Shown in pieces: positions 39,231 to 51,230 of a stretch of DNA of 64,000 nucleotides. The stretch is from Octopus vulgaris (taxonomy: Eukaryota), in assembly GCA_951406725.2 (NCBI GenBank), contig OX597824.1:84940001-85004000 (forward strand), given 5' to 3'. The notes beneath the pieces are model-generated. The model was not told where the DNA came from. It worked only from the letters and a program-made list of their open reading frames with translations, and did no database searches. The stretch's first letter is position 1. Every line of letters starts with the position of its first letter. Made by a program: the position numbers and the translations under genes.

Positions 39231-39771
39231 TGATCATGGGTGGATACATTGGGAGTTTGATACCTTGGTTGATGGAAGAGTTAAACCATAAAGGCTTCAG
39301 GAGCTAGAAGACAGCTGCAACTCTGTGGAGTTTCCTCTTTACATAAATGAGCATCTAAGCAATGAGAGATCCCCACCAAACACACTCACAAGTCTTATTG
39401 TGAGACTGCTCCCTGGCTAGGCTTTAATCTCTGTATACTGGGGCTTGCTATCAATAAATAAATAATTGACACTACATTGCTGACTCAGTTTGTTTGGTTG
39501 TTATGGAATTTCATAACTGCAGCAAAATGTTTGAGGACCATCAATGCATTGTTAGATCACTACTAAAAAATTTGCTTTCATGAAGCTAATTTAGTGGATC
39601 ACACTTTTCCCACAGGTTATTGAATGTAGCTGACATTTCAACCACAAAGAGAGAGACAATGTTTTGCAGATGCTTCTTGATTTTTGAGGTTTCGGTAACC
39701 AAGAGGGAAAATAAACAACTAATCACTTATGATCTGGGGTCTCTGTGTCACCAAGAAGGATTTCATCTTTA

Positions 39772-40076
39772 GGTGGCACGTAAAAAAAACATTCGAGTGA
39801 GGTCGTTGCCAGTGCTGCTGGACTGGCTCCTGTGCAGGTGGCACATAAAAAGCACCATTTGAGCATGGCCGTTGCCAGTACCACCAGACTGGCCCTTGTG
39901 CCGATGGCACGTAAAAGCACCCACTACACTCTCGGAGTGGTTGGCATTAGGAAGGGCATCCAGCTGTAGAAACTCTGCCAGATCAGATTGGAGTCGGGTT
40001 CGCCAGACCTCAGTCAAATCGTCCAACCCATGCTAGCATGGAAAGCGGACGTTAAACGATCATGATGATGATGATG
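39772..40076 (+). mobile_element. Family C copy with tandem 5' units
   Basis: Two full GGCAC(A/G)TAAAAA units, the body and a (GAT)n tail. Confidence 0.9.
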
Positions 40077-40129
40077 GTAATTGTTTGTTAAAAGCAATCA
40101 GAGCCTGTCTCTTTTTCAGACTGCTAATT

Positions 40130-41790
40130 CATCATCAATATCGTTTAACATCCACTAGTCCATGCTTGTATGGATCGAATAGAATATGTCAAGGTAGAAT
40201 TTCTACACCTTTCTTGTTGCCAACACTTACCTGCTTCCAAGTAAAGGAAAATTTCCCTGTGGCAAGACACATTTTTCACAGAAGGCTGGAAATGATCAAC
40301 TTCGTTCGTATGACAGTGATGCTCATTCACAACCATCACTTCATGTCTAGACAAGGGTACATGCAAACAGATACATACACACACACACAGACATACATAT
40401 ACACATATATTGGGCTTTGGGCTTCTTTTCAGATTCTATCTACCAAGGCCATTCACAAGGCTTTTTACCTAGACCTATAGAAGAAGACACTTGCCCAAGT
40501 TGTCTTGTAGGGGGAGTGAACCGAACCCAAGACCACATGGTTGGGAAACAAGCCTCTTAACCACACAGCCACATCAGAAATTCACAGATATGACTACATA
40601 GGTGAACTGATTCATTTCAGTTCATAATCAAATCTGTTAGCATAGTTTTTGCTTGCTGAAAGCTTGTTACCATTCTAAAGTCTTTGGACATTTCACAAAT
40701 ATTGGCCTTTACCAATAGGCATCTTCTCTACCTATATTTGCAGGCATGGTAATATAGTTAAGAATCTAACATCACAACCATTTGGTTCCAGATTTATTCT
40801 TAGTGCATGACACCTTGGGCAAATGTCTTCTGCCATAGCCTCAGAATTACCCAAGCTTTTTTGGGAATATGGAAACTCTAGAAACGTTCTTGGGTCATAC
40901 ACCTTAATCTAGAGCACCACTCTACAGAAAGCATTCAGATCAGCTCTCCCTCTTGTTTGACCAAGTATGAATGCCCCTACAAATAGTTAAGGGCATTGCT
41001 TCTGTCTAAACTATTTTAAAATCTTTTATCTTTTATGCTTCAGTCATTGGACTACTAAATCCACTCACAAGGCTTTGGTTGGCCTGAGGCTATAGTAGAA
41101 GACACTTGCTCAAGATGCCATGCAGTGGGACTGAACCCAGAACCATATGGTTGGTAAGCAAGCTACTTACCACACAGCCACTCCTGTGCCTTAAGATAGT
41201 AAATTTTCTTTGGAATAATTCTGTTCTTTAAGGTGGTCAGTTGGTCAGTTGTTAGCATGCCAGGCAAAACACATAGTTGTATTTCATCTGTCTTTACATT
41301 CTTCATCATCATTTAACATCCATCTTCTATGCATAGGTAGGATTGTTGACAGGAGCTGGCCAGGTAGAAAACTACCCCAAGCTACTGTGTCTGTTTTGGC
41401 AAGGTATTTATGGCTGGATGCCCTTCCTAACACCAACCACTCTGCATAGTCATTGCTTCAGGGTTGATAAGATACGTAGAGCCCTGAGGCTGATGTAATT
41501 CACTTACCTATAGAGGCAAGCTGGCAGAAACGTTAGCACGCCAGGTGAAATGTGTAGCTGCATTTCGTCTGCCATTACGTTCTGAGTTCAAATTCCACCA
41601 AGGTCAACTTTGCCTTTCATCCTTTCGGGGTCAATAAATTAAGTACCAGTTAATATAACGGCTTAATCCGTTTGTCTGTCCTTGTTTGTCCTCTCTGTGT
41701 TCAGCCCCTTGTGGGTAGTAAAGAAATAGTAATTCACTTACCTATTGCCCTGAACTTGCTGGCCTTGTGCTAAAATTTGAAACCAGCAAT
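40130..41790. mobile_element. Cluster of decayed and nested SINE A, SINE B and family C fragments
   Basis: SINE A pieces at about 40410-40573(-), 40740-40870(+) and 41025-41190(-). An old B copy at about 41230-41790 is interrupted by a C fragment at 41323-41447 and by a young B copy. Confidence 0.75.
41512..41728 (+). mobile_element. SINE family B nested in an older B copy
   Basis: Exact 17-bp TSD GTAATTCACTTACCTAT at 41495-41511 and 41729-41745. Confidence 0.92.
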
Positions 41791-41960
41791 TTTGTTCTTT
41801 TAGTATTATAATATAATCTCTTTGTAATTTGTTTTGTTTTCAAATCTAAAAGTACACAGATGTAATAATAATCTAATAATATACACTCAGAAACAAAGAT
41901 TTAAATTGGGTTGCAGACATAAGTATAGAAATAGCCTGAAGTTTGTATGTTTACATTTAG

Positions 41961-42072
41961 GACATTGTAGCAAACTTAACATGATAGCAGATCTTGTGAC
42001 AGCAACATACATACACCACTGTATGCAAATTCAGAGGAGCAATGACCATTGTGGTATCAACAGAATGGGTCG
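41961..42072 (+). other. Candidate internal exon (112 nt)
   Basis: Acceptor TTACATTTAG|, strong donor TCG|GTAAGT, unique sequence. One frame is open (HCSKLNMIADLVTATYIHHCMQIQRSNDHCGINRMG) but no homology was recognised. Confidence 0.35.
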
Positions 42073-42223
42073 GTAAGTAGGCAGGGAGGGAGAGAGTGTG
42101 GGGAGGGGCAAGGGGCATGATGTGTTTATGGGCTAGAAGTTGTAGAGCTCCCATAGGCGACCTGTTCCCTCTGGATTTTGTGCATGGCATGCCTAATGAT
42201 AAATAACCTTGAAACTTTTTTAG

Positions 42224-42448
42224 TGGTGCAGCCCGCCTGATGGTGAAGTGAACCACTATGTCTCATGTGGTCCACTTCTCAAAAATGGCTGTCCATGCCT
42301 GTTGCTGAACGTTGTTGACAGACTTTTGTGGGGCAACAGAAACTCTTTGAACATCCTTCTGAAAAACTGGGTTTGCACCCACCAAAGTAAATTTCATTCC
42401 TGCACTTATGCTAGAGGTGAGAGTCTGCTAGTCATTGATGTACGGGAG
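42224..42448 (+). CDS. Candidate coding exon of an unidentified gene (225 nt)
   Basis: Branch-like CCTAAT, acceptor ACTTTTTTAG| and donor GAG|GTATGT. Open for exactly 75 codons (WCSPPDGEVNHYVSCGPLLKNGCPCLLLNVVDRLLWG...LLVIDVRE). No family recognised. Confidence 0.35.
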
Positions 42449-42887
42449 GTATGTCTGTTACCTTCAACTTAGAAGTATAGCAAAGTAGCAGATTAGCAGA
42501 CTTGCATATTGGAATATTGGAATATTGGCAGAATGGCAGAATTATTAGAGCTTTGGACAGAATGCCTCATAGTATTTGTTTTAATTCTTTGTGCTCTGAG
42601 TTCAAGATCTGCAGAGGTCATTTTTGCCTTTTGTCCTTTCAAGTCAAATGCAAGGAGGTGAATTAGTAGATATTTTAGAGGTTCTGATAGGATACTATGT
42701 GGTGACTGTTCTGGCTTTGTGCATTATGAGTTCAAATCTTACCCCATCATCATCATCATTGGTTGGCATGGGTTGGACAGTTTGAGAAGAACAAATGTGT
42801 CAAAGAGCTCTGCCAGGTCCTATGTCCGCTTTGGCAAAGTTTCTACAATTGGATACCCTTCCAAATACCAACAACTTAACAGAGTGT

Positions 42888-43224
42888 CTGAGACCCCCTT
42901 CGGTCACGACACAGACCATGGGATTGCACCTAGAAAGTTACCCTCCCAGGCACAAGTCCAGGCAAGGTTGTTTATGGAAGACCAGCAGTCGCCCATGCAT
43001 ACCAGCTTCCCCTCTCCATGCCACCAGTGTTATCCAAGGGGAAGGCAAAGGGCGATACAGCTTGGCACCTGTGACATCGCAACTGATTTCTACAGCTGAG
43101 TGAAATGGAGCAACGTGAAATAAAGTGTCTTGCTCAAGAACACAACACACAGCCCGGTCCGGGATTTGAGCCCACAACCTCACGATTGTAAGCTCGACGC
43201 TCTAACCACTGAGCCATGCGCCTT
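42888..43224 (-). mobile_element. tRNA-derived SINE family D inserted in a family C copy (42745-43290)
   Basis: A box TGGCTCAGTGG, B-box-like GGCTCAAATCC, then GTGTTCTTGAGCAAGACACTT. 8-bp TSD CAGAGTGT at 42880-42887 and 43225-43232. Confidence 0.9.
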
Positions 43225-43811
43225 CAGAGTGTACTAGGTGCTTTTTTCATGATATCAGCAACTGTGAGGTCACCAAATACTCACAAGATAAGATCCCTCG
43301 ACTGAGTGGAGTATAGATGGGAGAACTAAAAAACAGTGACATTTTTGCCAGATGTGACTAACAGCCATTATCATCAACTTGAAAAACTAGTGAAAATATA
43401 GGTATTCTAGCTGTGTCAATTATTTCTTTTATTCAGATATAGTCTATATCTTGAATTATGTTTTCCAATATGCTGTTCATTTCTTAAGATAGTTGACCAA
43501 GATTAGGCTGCTATTTCTTGCAGATCAAATGACCATGTAGAGGCTCCTTCTATTGGCTTATACTAGGATCTGAATGCAAGCTGTGCTGAAAGTCACTGAA
43601 ACAGTTATCAATTATACAGTGGTCCAGCAGCCTCTAGTTAAGTTATGAACTGTAGTCAGATATTGTATTAGTCTGCAAGCAAGATGGACATGGCTATTGA
43701 GAGATATATGTCTAATCTATAGAAACTGTTTAGACATCTATTTAAATATTAAACAGACATCGTGTTGTTCAGCCTTGTTGTTTGAAGCATTTTAATTGAA
43801 TATTACTGAGC

Positions 43812-44570
43812 TCAGGAGGTGGCTGTGTGGTAAGAAGTTGGCTTTCCAACCATATGGCTTCTGGTTCAGTCTCACTGCATGGCACCTTGGGCAAGTGTCT
43901 TCTGCTATAGTCTTTTTATTTATGCACCCTTTTCAAGCCTAGCTAGGCTCATGGGCCCGGTTTCCTGGTTTCTATGGCATATGTGTACCTCCTAGCTGGA
44001 CAGGATGCCAGTCCATCGCAGCGTTACTCAAAAAAACGGAAGAAAGAATGGGTGAAAGAGTACAACAGGGGTCACCACCACCCCTTGCCAGAGCCTCGTG
44101 GAGCTTTAGGTGTTTTCGCTCAATAAACACACACAACGCCTGATCTGGGAATCGAAACCGCGATCCTCTAACTGCGAGTCCACTGCCCTAACCACTGGGC
44201 CATTGTGCCTCCACCTTGGAGGCTATAGCCTTGGGCCAACTAAATCCTTGCGAATGGATTTGGTAAACAGGAAGTAGAAGAAGCTCATCTATCTATCTAT
44301 CTATCAGTCTATGTATCTATCTGTGTGTGTATGTGTGTGTGTGTGTGTTTGTGTGTGCATGTATCTTTGTATCTGTTTGTACCCACCACCACTTAACAAT
44401 TAGTGTTGGTTTGTTTATGTCCTTTTAACTTAATGGTTCAGCAAAATAGATCAAGCGAATAAGTACCAGGCTTAAAAGATAATAATAATAGGTCGATTTG
44501 TTCAACTAAACCTTTCAAGGCAGTGCCCCAGCATGGCCACAGTCTAGCGACTGAAACAGGTAATAGGTAA
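43812..44570 (+). mobile_element. SINE family A (older) interrupted by SINE E
   Basis: The family A head (to 43910) resumes at 44222. Ends CCCCAGCATGGCCACAGTCTAGCGACTGAAAC. Confidence 0.85.
43911..44221 (-). mobile_element. tRNA-derived SINE family E (V-domain-like 3' part)
   Basis: A box TGGCCCAGTGG, B box GGTTTCGATTCC and CTGCGATGGACTGGCATCCTGTCCAG. TSD GCTATAG at 43904-43910 and 44222-44228. Confidence 0.85.
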
Positions 44571-44828
44571 ATGATATATTTTCGTGGCTGTGTGGCAAGA
44601 ACTTGGCTTCCTAACCACATGGTTTTGGGTTGAGCGGGACACCTTGGGCAAGTGTCTTCTACAATAGCCTCAGGCTTTTTGTTTGTTGCCCCCTCACAGC
44701 TTGACAACTGGTATTGGTGTATTTACACATCCATAACTTCGCAGTTCAGCAAAATAGCCCAATAGAATAAGTACTAGGCTTAAAAAATAAGTCCTGGGAG
44801 CAATTTGTTCAAGGTGGTGTCCCAGCAT

Positions 44829-45045
44829 CAGTCATTTTTCATTTGACTGCGGCCATGCTGGAGTACCGCCTTTAATCGAGCAAATGGACCCCAGGACTTA
44901 TACTTTGGAAGCCTAGTACTTATTCTATCGGTCTTTTTTGCTGAACTGCTAAGTTACAGGGATGTAAACACACCACCATCAGTTGTCAAGCGATGTTTGG
45001 GGGACAAACACAGACACACAAACATATACGCACGCACACATACAT

Positions 45046-45085
<40 letters not shown>

Positions 45086-45253
45086 ACATATATACGACTG
45101 GCTTCTTTCAGTTTCCGTCTACCAAACCCACTCACAATGCTTTGGTCGGCCCGAGGCTATAGTAGAAGACACTTGCCCAAGGTGCCATGCAGTGGGACTG
45201 AACCCAGAACCATATGGTTGGTAAGCAAGCTACTTACCACACAGCCACTCCTG
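44829..45253 (-). mobile_element. SINE family A inserted antisense into the tail of another A copy (44585-44828 + 45254-45300)
   Basis: Full A sequence on the minus strand. The host tail is split as CCCAGCAT | GCATGGCTGCAGTCAAATGACTGAAAC. Confidence 0.88.
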
Positions 45254-45656
45254 CATGGCTGCAGTCAAATGACTGAAACAAATAAAAGAATAAAGGAATG
45301 AAAGAATCTGCTTCTTCAATATTGAGAACTGCAATTGAGCATACTGATGGTATGGGTTGTAAGGAGCTGCAAATACCACAGTCTCTCAGTTAAGTTCATC
45401 TCATGTTGTGCAAGGGAACTAACATTTCAAGTTCCTCTTGCTCTAATTACATTCTCCAAGGTCATACATACAAGGTGTGTGAGGATAATAAAGGGCAGAG
45501 CTCAGATGAGGATGAACCAAAAAGAGAAAGGAGAACCAGTAACCAAGATACCATAGAACAATAACAGTACAGACTTCCAGTTTATGCAGTGGGAGCACTA
45601 TGGAACTGAATAAGTGACGAGTGTTTCGTTAATTTAAAAATAAGCCAGCATTGCTT

Positions 45657-46067
45657 GGATCTTTTCGGTTTGAACGGCAGTTTTTTCTAGTGGTGTCATA
45701 TGAAATTGTCACCCATAATTATTACCCTAGTATCGATCTATTGCATTTCAATCTATTTTAGGGTTAGAGGTGGGGGAAGGGTATCTTTTCTTTTCTTCAG
45801 AAATGTAAATAAACCCAATCTGTTTCTTAAACGAGGGACATTTTCATACGGCACAGAATGTTTTCACCTCAATAGACGTCATTGATTGGTTGAAATTGCA
45901 GAAATTGAAGAAAAAAACAACAAATATCTTACAAACTATAGAATTTTCTCAATAAAGCCAAGAGAAAAAGATGTTTCATAAGCATGTTCTACCAGTAAAC
46001 GAAGTTTAAAAGTGTTTAGTTATGTGGAAATTATTTTAAAAAACTGCCGGTCAAACTGAAAAGACCC
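45657..46067. mobile_element. MITE with 29-bp TIRs and 8-bp TSD (Merlin- or hAT-like)
   Basis: TIRs GGATCTTTTCGGTTTGAACGGCAGTTTTT versus reverse complement GGGTCTTTTCAGTTTGACCGGCAGTTTTT (3 mismatches). TSD CATTGCT(T/C) at 45649-45656 and 46068-46075. Confidence 0.9.
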
Positions 46068-46129
46068 CATTGCTCTTTACTAGTTTAATCATTTCTAATT
46101 TAGGCACCAAGCCTGTAATTTTGATAGGG

Positions 46130-46665
46130 AGAGGATTAATCGATTTTTATCAATATCAATACTTGATTTGAACTGTATTTTATCAAGTCCAAAAGGAGAA
46201 GGATCAAAAGTAAAGTCAACCCCTGCAAGATTTGAACTCAGAACCTAAAGAGTTGGAACTAAATACTACAAAGCATCTTGTTTGACATTCTAACAGTTCT
46301 GCCAATACACTACCTCTCAATTAGTTTAATATCAACTGGGTACGAAGGCAGTGAGCTGGCGAAATTGTTAGCATGCCCCGTGAAATGTTTATCAGCATCT
46401 CATCTGTGTTCATGTTCTAAGTTCAAATCGGGCTTCTTTCAGTTTCCGTCTACCAAATCCACTCACAAGGCTTTGGTCGGCTCGAGTCTACAGCTGAAGA
46501 CACTTGCCCAAGGTGCCACACAGTGGGACTGAACCCGGAACCATGTTGTTGGTAAGCAAGCTACTTACCACACAGCCACTTCTGCTCAAGGATACAGTGT
46601 GCCTCCAGGAATTGAACTCCCAACCCTGTGATCATGAGCCAGATACTCTAACCACTGAGCCATGT
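46130..46665. mobile_element. Decayed SINE B, SINE A and D/E-head fragments
   Basis: TTTGAACTCAGAAC (B, minus), GAGCTGGCGAAATTGTTAGC (B, plus), A at 46430-46582 (minus) and CTAACCACTGAGCCATG (D/E head, minus). Confidence 0.7.
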
Positions 46666-46982
46666 GGTTGAATGAATGCATGAAAAATCTCAATGTAAAA
46701 CCTTGAGTATAGTTTTTTCCCCTTAGTTTACATTCATGATAAAACCACATTTGTTTATAGTGTTTTGAGGGTCATATTAAGTTGAAATATAATCTCTTTT
46801 AATCCCTCCCTCATCTATCTTGTTAATCTTGTCTCCATAATCCAGTAGTAGATAGATTTATCGCCAAATCTCCGCGCTTCATACTTAAGCGCTTCTTAGA
46901 CCCCAGACTCCCAAGCTAAACACTTTATACTCATCTTTTTCCTCACTATCTCTGCAACCCCAGATCTCTCTCTCTCTCTCTT

Positions 46983-47020
<38 letters not shown>

Positions 47021-47089
47021 ATACACACACATGCACTCTCTTTCCCTCTCTCTTTCTCTTTATTCCTCCCAACCACCAATCTTTCCATT

Positions 47090-47323
47090 CATTCATCATG
47101 CCATCTACTGCTGGATAAAAGCCTCAACAGGCCATTCATTGCCTGTTTATTTATCCTGGTTGTAGGCCTTTCTATCCATGCTGGCCACTTGCAGGCTGGA
47201 AACTCTTGTCACCTGTTCAGTTCCACAGTGTTCCCACTGCATACACTAGTAGTCTGTACTGGTACTGCTCTAGGACAGTGAGTCCATTTTTCTTTCTGGT
47301 TCACCTTCTTCTAAGATCTACAC

Positions 47324-47370
<47 letters not shown>

Positions 47371-48090
47371 CATTATTATTATTAATAGGCATAGGAGTGG
47401 CTGTGTGGTAAGTACCTTGCTTACGAACTACATGGTTCCAGGTTCAGTCCCACTGCATGGTACCTTGGGCAAGTGTCTTCTACTATAGCCTTGGGCCGAC
47501 CAAAGCCTTGTGAGTGGATTTGGCAGACAGAAACTGAAAGAAACCCATCGTATATATGTATATATATATGTGTGTATATGTGTGTGTATATGTTTGAGTG
47601 TCTGTGTTTGTCCCCCAACATCGCTTGACAACTGATGCTGGTGTGTATACATCCCCGTAACTTAGCAGTTCGGCAAAAGAGACTGATAGAATAAGTACTA
47701 GGCTTACAAAGAATAAGTCCTGGGGTTGATTTGCTCGACTAAAGGCGGTGCTCCAGCATGGCTGCAGTCAAATGTCTGAAACAAGTAAAAGAGTAAAAGA
47801 GTAATCGCACACACTCTACAAGTAGGATCTAGAAGGTAATTAGAGCAAGAGGAATTGGAAATTCTCTTTCAGAACCCAAAGCTGAGAGACTGTTGCATTT
47901 GCAGCTCATTACAACCACTAGCATAGCTAGAGTGTATGCTGCCCTTCTGTTTACTGCCCCCAGATCCCACAACACATTGCCTACAGCAGATCCAAAAGTG
48001 CCACTTGTGGAAGACCACCCCTACTGTCACCCCATAGTTATGCTGGGGTTTATAACCCATACCATCAGGGAAAACCCATACCATTAGCTG
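47090..48090 (-). mobile_element. Old non-autonomous RTE-related element, split by a SINE A; inverted homolog at about 45340-45627
   Basis: Shared blocks GAGCTGCAAAT..ACAGTCTCTCAG, TTCCTCTTGCTCTAATTAC and CAGTACAGACT..ATGCAGTGGGA..TGGAACTGAA. The 3' end GAGGCTTTTATCCAGCAGTAGATGGC resembles RTE termini. Confidence 0.55.
47388..47803 (+). mobile_element. tRNA-derived SINE family A, full length
   Basis: A box TGGCTGTGTGG, B box GGTTCAGTCCC, internal (TG/TA)n, LINE-like tail GGCGGTGCTCCAGCATGG..CAGTCAAATGTCTGAAAC and (GTAAAAGA)n. Preceded by (ATT)n. Confidence 0.93.
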
Positions 48091-48101
48091 GCCAACTCAG
48101 T

Positions 48102-48535
48102 AAGGTGGCGAGCTGGCAGAAACTTTAGCATGACGGGCAAAATGCTTAGCGATATTTCGTCTGCCGTTACGTTCTGAGTTCAAATTCCACCAAGGTCAAC
48201 TTTGCCTTTCATCCTTTCGGGGTGGATAAATTAAGTACCAGTTACACACTGGGGTTGATGTAATTAACTTAATCCCTTTGTCTGTCCTTGTTTGTCCCCT
48301 CTATATTTAGCTCCTTGTGGGCAATAAAGAAATAAAGAACTTTAGCACGCAAGGCAAAATGCTTAGCAGTAATTTGTCTGTCTTTACGTTCTGAGTTAAA
48401 ATTCCTCCAATGTCAACTTTGCCTGTCATCCTTTCAGGGGTCAATAAATTAAGTACCAGTTGCGTACTGGGGTCTATCTAACTGACTGGCCCCACTCCCC
48501 CAAAAGTTCTGGGCCTTGTGCCTGGAGAAGAAAAG
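48102..48535 (+). mobile_element. Two tandem or nested SINE B copies
   Basis: B at 48102-48336, then a second B resumes at GAACTTTAGCAC. Confidence 0.85.
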
Positions 48536-48784
48536 AACTCGGTAATGACATGCTCAGGTGATTTGTCCTAGCCATTGTCACGTGGCTAGAATTTGGACAT
48601 GAAATGCAAAGAATCACAACAGACACTGCAGAACATCTCCTCCAGTATTCTAATAAATCTGCCAATCTACTCTTTAGACTGGATCTGTATTTATCCAATT
48701 CCCAAAAGATGAAGGGCAAAGTTGATTGGTACAGTTTGAATCCAGAAATCAGGGAACCAGAAGAGAACGAATCTTTTATCTTTT

Positions 48785-49177
48785 TACCTTTTTTGTTCTT
48801 TCAGGCATTAGACTATGGCCATGCTGGAACACTGCTTTGAAGAATTTTTTTTCTTTTACTCTTTCTTGTTTCAGTCATAAGACTGTGGCCATGCTGGAGC
48901 ACCACTTTGAAGAATTCTTTTTCTTTTACCTTTTTCTTGTTTCAGTCATTAGACTGTGGCCATGCTGGAGCACCACTTTGAAGAATTTTTTCTTTTTCTA
49001 GTTGAATAAATGAATCAATACCAGTACTTATTTTCTTAAGCCTGGTGCTTATTTTATTAATGCCTTTTGCTGAACTGCTAAGTTATGGGGATGTAAACAC
49101 ACCAACACTGGTTGTCAAGTGGAAGTGGGAGGCAAACACAGACACAACGACACACACATGCAAGTACATATATACAT

Positions 49178-49211
<34 letters not shown>

Positions 49212-49492
49212 GAACCACTAAGTTACGGGGATGTAAACACACCAACAGTGGTTGTCAAGTGGAAGTGGGAGGCAAACACAGACACAAAGACACACACATG
49301 TAGGTACATATATATATATATACACACACACACATGATGGGCTTCTTTCAGTTTCCATATCTACCAAATCCACTCACAAAGCTTTGGTTGGCCCGAGGGC
49401 TATAGTAGAAGACACTTGCCCTATGTGCCACACAGTGGGACTGAACTTGGAACCATGTGGCAGGGAAGCAAGCTACATACCACACAGCCACT
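48785..49492 (-). mobile_element. SINE A with triplicated 3' tail and an internal duplication
   Basis: Three ~70-bp tail copies at 48785-48995. Internal block duplicated at about 49071-49210 and 49211-49335. Confidence 0.88.
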
Positions 49493-49589
49493 AAAAATGT
49501 TTTATCCAACCTTCTAATGACTCTACCAATTTGGTCATCTACAGAATTTCAAAGAACTTAAACTGCATCAACTGCCCCCAAACTATCAC

Positions 49590-49833
49590 CATTTTCCAAT
49601 CGAAAAGTGTCGAAATCCTTAGTTACTCTATTTTCTGTTAAAATGCATGGCCTTTAGTTAATTATGAAAAAATAATTAAAAAATTAGTAAAATAATTTTG
49701 TCGTTATTAATCTGGTGTTTGAAGCATAACATGACATTTTGATGCTAGGTTTTAATCAAGATCACTATAAAACAGGGAATTTGTATCATAGAACCAAAGG
49801 TGGTCCCAGGTAGGTTGGAATCAGAAGGGTTAC
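49590..49833. mobile_element. Possible piggyBac-type MITE end
   Basis: Ends GTTGGAATCAGAAGGG-TTAC, resembling a CCCTT TIR plus decayed TTAA. No partner end found. Confidence 0.3.
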
Positions 49834-50157
49834 GAGGTCTGTATGAGCTTGATCCTTTACCCTCATTAACTACTTAACTAACTAACTTACTAATTAAAAC
49901 AATGTCGTCATCGGGATTCTCTCTTTCCCTTTTATCATGAGATAACAAAACAATTCATTCAAGCACTATAGAGTGCATTTGGGGAAGGGGCTGCATTTTG
50001 GGTGGGGGGCTGCATCTGGTGGGGGATGCTGCATTCAAAGTTTCCTTCTCCTCCTACCCCTCCTGATGCTCCACTTTTTATTTTGAATTTTGGAGTTGAT
50101 GGTAGAGACTGGAAGAGACTGATGAGCCACCAGAGTATGAATGGCAATGGTACAGAT

Positions 50158-51192
50158 TGGTGGTGGTAGTGGTGGTAGTGGTGGTAACAGATTTGTTATG
50201 CAGGGTACTGATAGTGGTGGTGGTGGTGGTGGTGGTAGAATTGTTAAGTAGATGGTTGCAGTGGTGGTGGTTGTGGTGGTGGTAGCTATGTAGATGGTTG
50301 CAGTGGTGGTGGTTGTGGTGGTATGTTATTATGTAGATGGTGGTGGTGGTGGTGGTGGTGGTAGATTTGCTATGTAGATGGTTGCAGTGGTGGTGGTTGT
50401 GGTGGTATGTATTATGTAGATGGTGGCAGTGACTGTGGTAATGTTGCTGTTGGTGGTGATGGTGGTGATGGTAGTGTTGATAGACTTGTTATGTAGATGG
50501 TTGTCGTAATGATGGCAGTGGTAGTGGTGGTGGTGGTGGTAGTAGTACTGGTGGTGGTGTTGGTGGTGGTGGTGTGCTAATAGATCTCTTATGTAGATGG
50601 TGGTGGTGGTAGTAGTAGTGGTCGTGGTTGTAGTGATGGTGGTGGTGATGGTGATGACAGCAGTATTTTGTAGATGGTGGTGGTTGTGGTGACGGTGGTG
50701 ATGAAGATGATGGTAGCCCTATTATGCAGAGATGATGGCAGTGGAAGTGGGGTGGGTGGGTACCAATAGCTGTGTGTTCATGTACATGAAGGTAGCTGGT
50801 GGTGGCGATGGTGGCAGTGGTGGTAATAGCAAGTAGTGGTGGAAGCGGTGGTAGTGGTATAGTACGGGTGGTGTGAGGAAGGGGGGGGGAGAAGTAATTG
50901 GATCAGCAGTGGTGCTGGTGGTGAGAGCATATGTCTGTGTTTGTGTGCATTAGACAGGCAGGCGGTGGGGGGTGGAGGGGGCAGGTGGCGAGAGAGAGAG
51001 AGGGGGAGAGAGAAAAGGGGGGTGGAGGCGATGATGCTGTTGCAGCTGCTCTTGCTTGTTGTTGTTTCTCATTGTGATGGAGGTGGGGGTGGGGTAGGGT
51101 GGGGGTGGTGACAGCAAAAGTAATGGCTGACAACAGCAGTGGTAGTGATGGTGGTGGTGCTGGTGGCTGGTGGTGGGTGCGATAGTGGGGGA

Positions 51193-51230
<38 letters not shown>

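Noticed and set aside
39616-39694. Exon candidate after CTTTTCCCACAG
   Set aside because: Good acceptor but weak donors, and its phase is incompatible with neighbouring candidates.
45757-45776. Interstitial telomere
   Set aside because: A single TTAGGG unit inside a MITE.
42719-49494. Short ORFs such as EAIVEDTCPRCHAVGLN or [12 protein letters not shown]
   Set aside because: They recur wherever SINE A or family C occurs, so they are translations of repeats.
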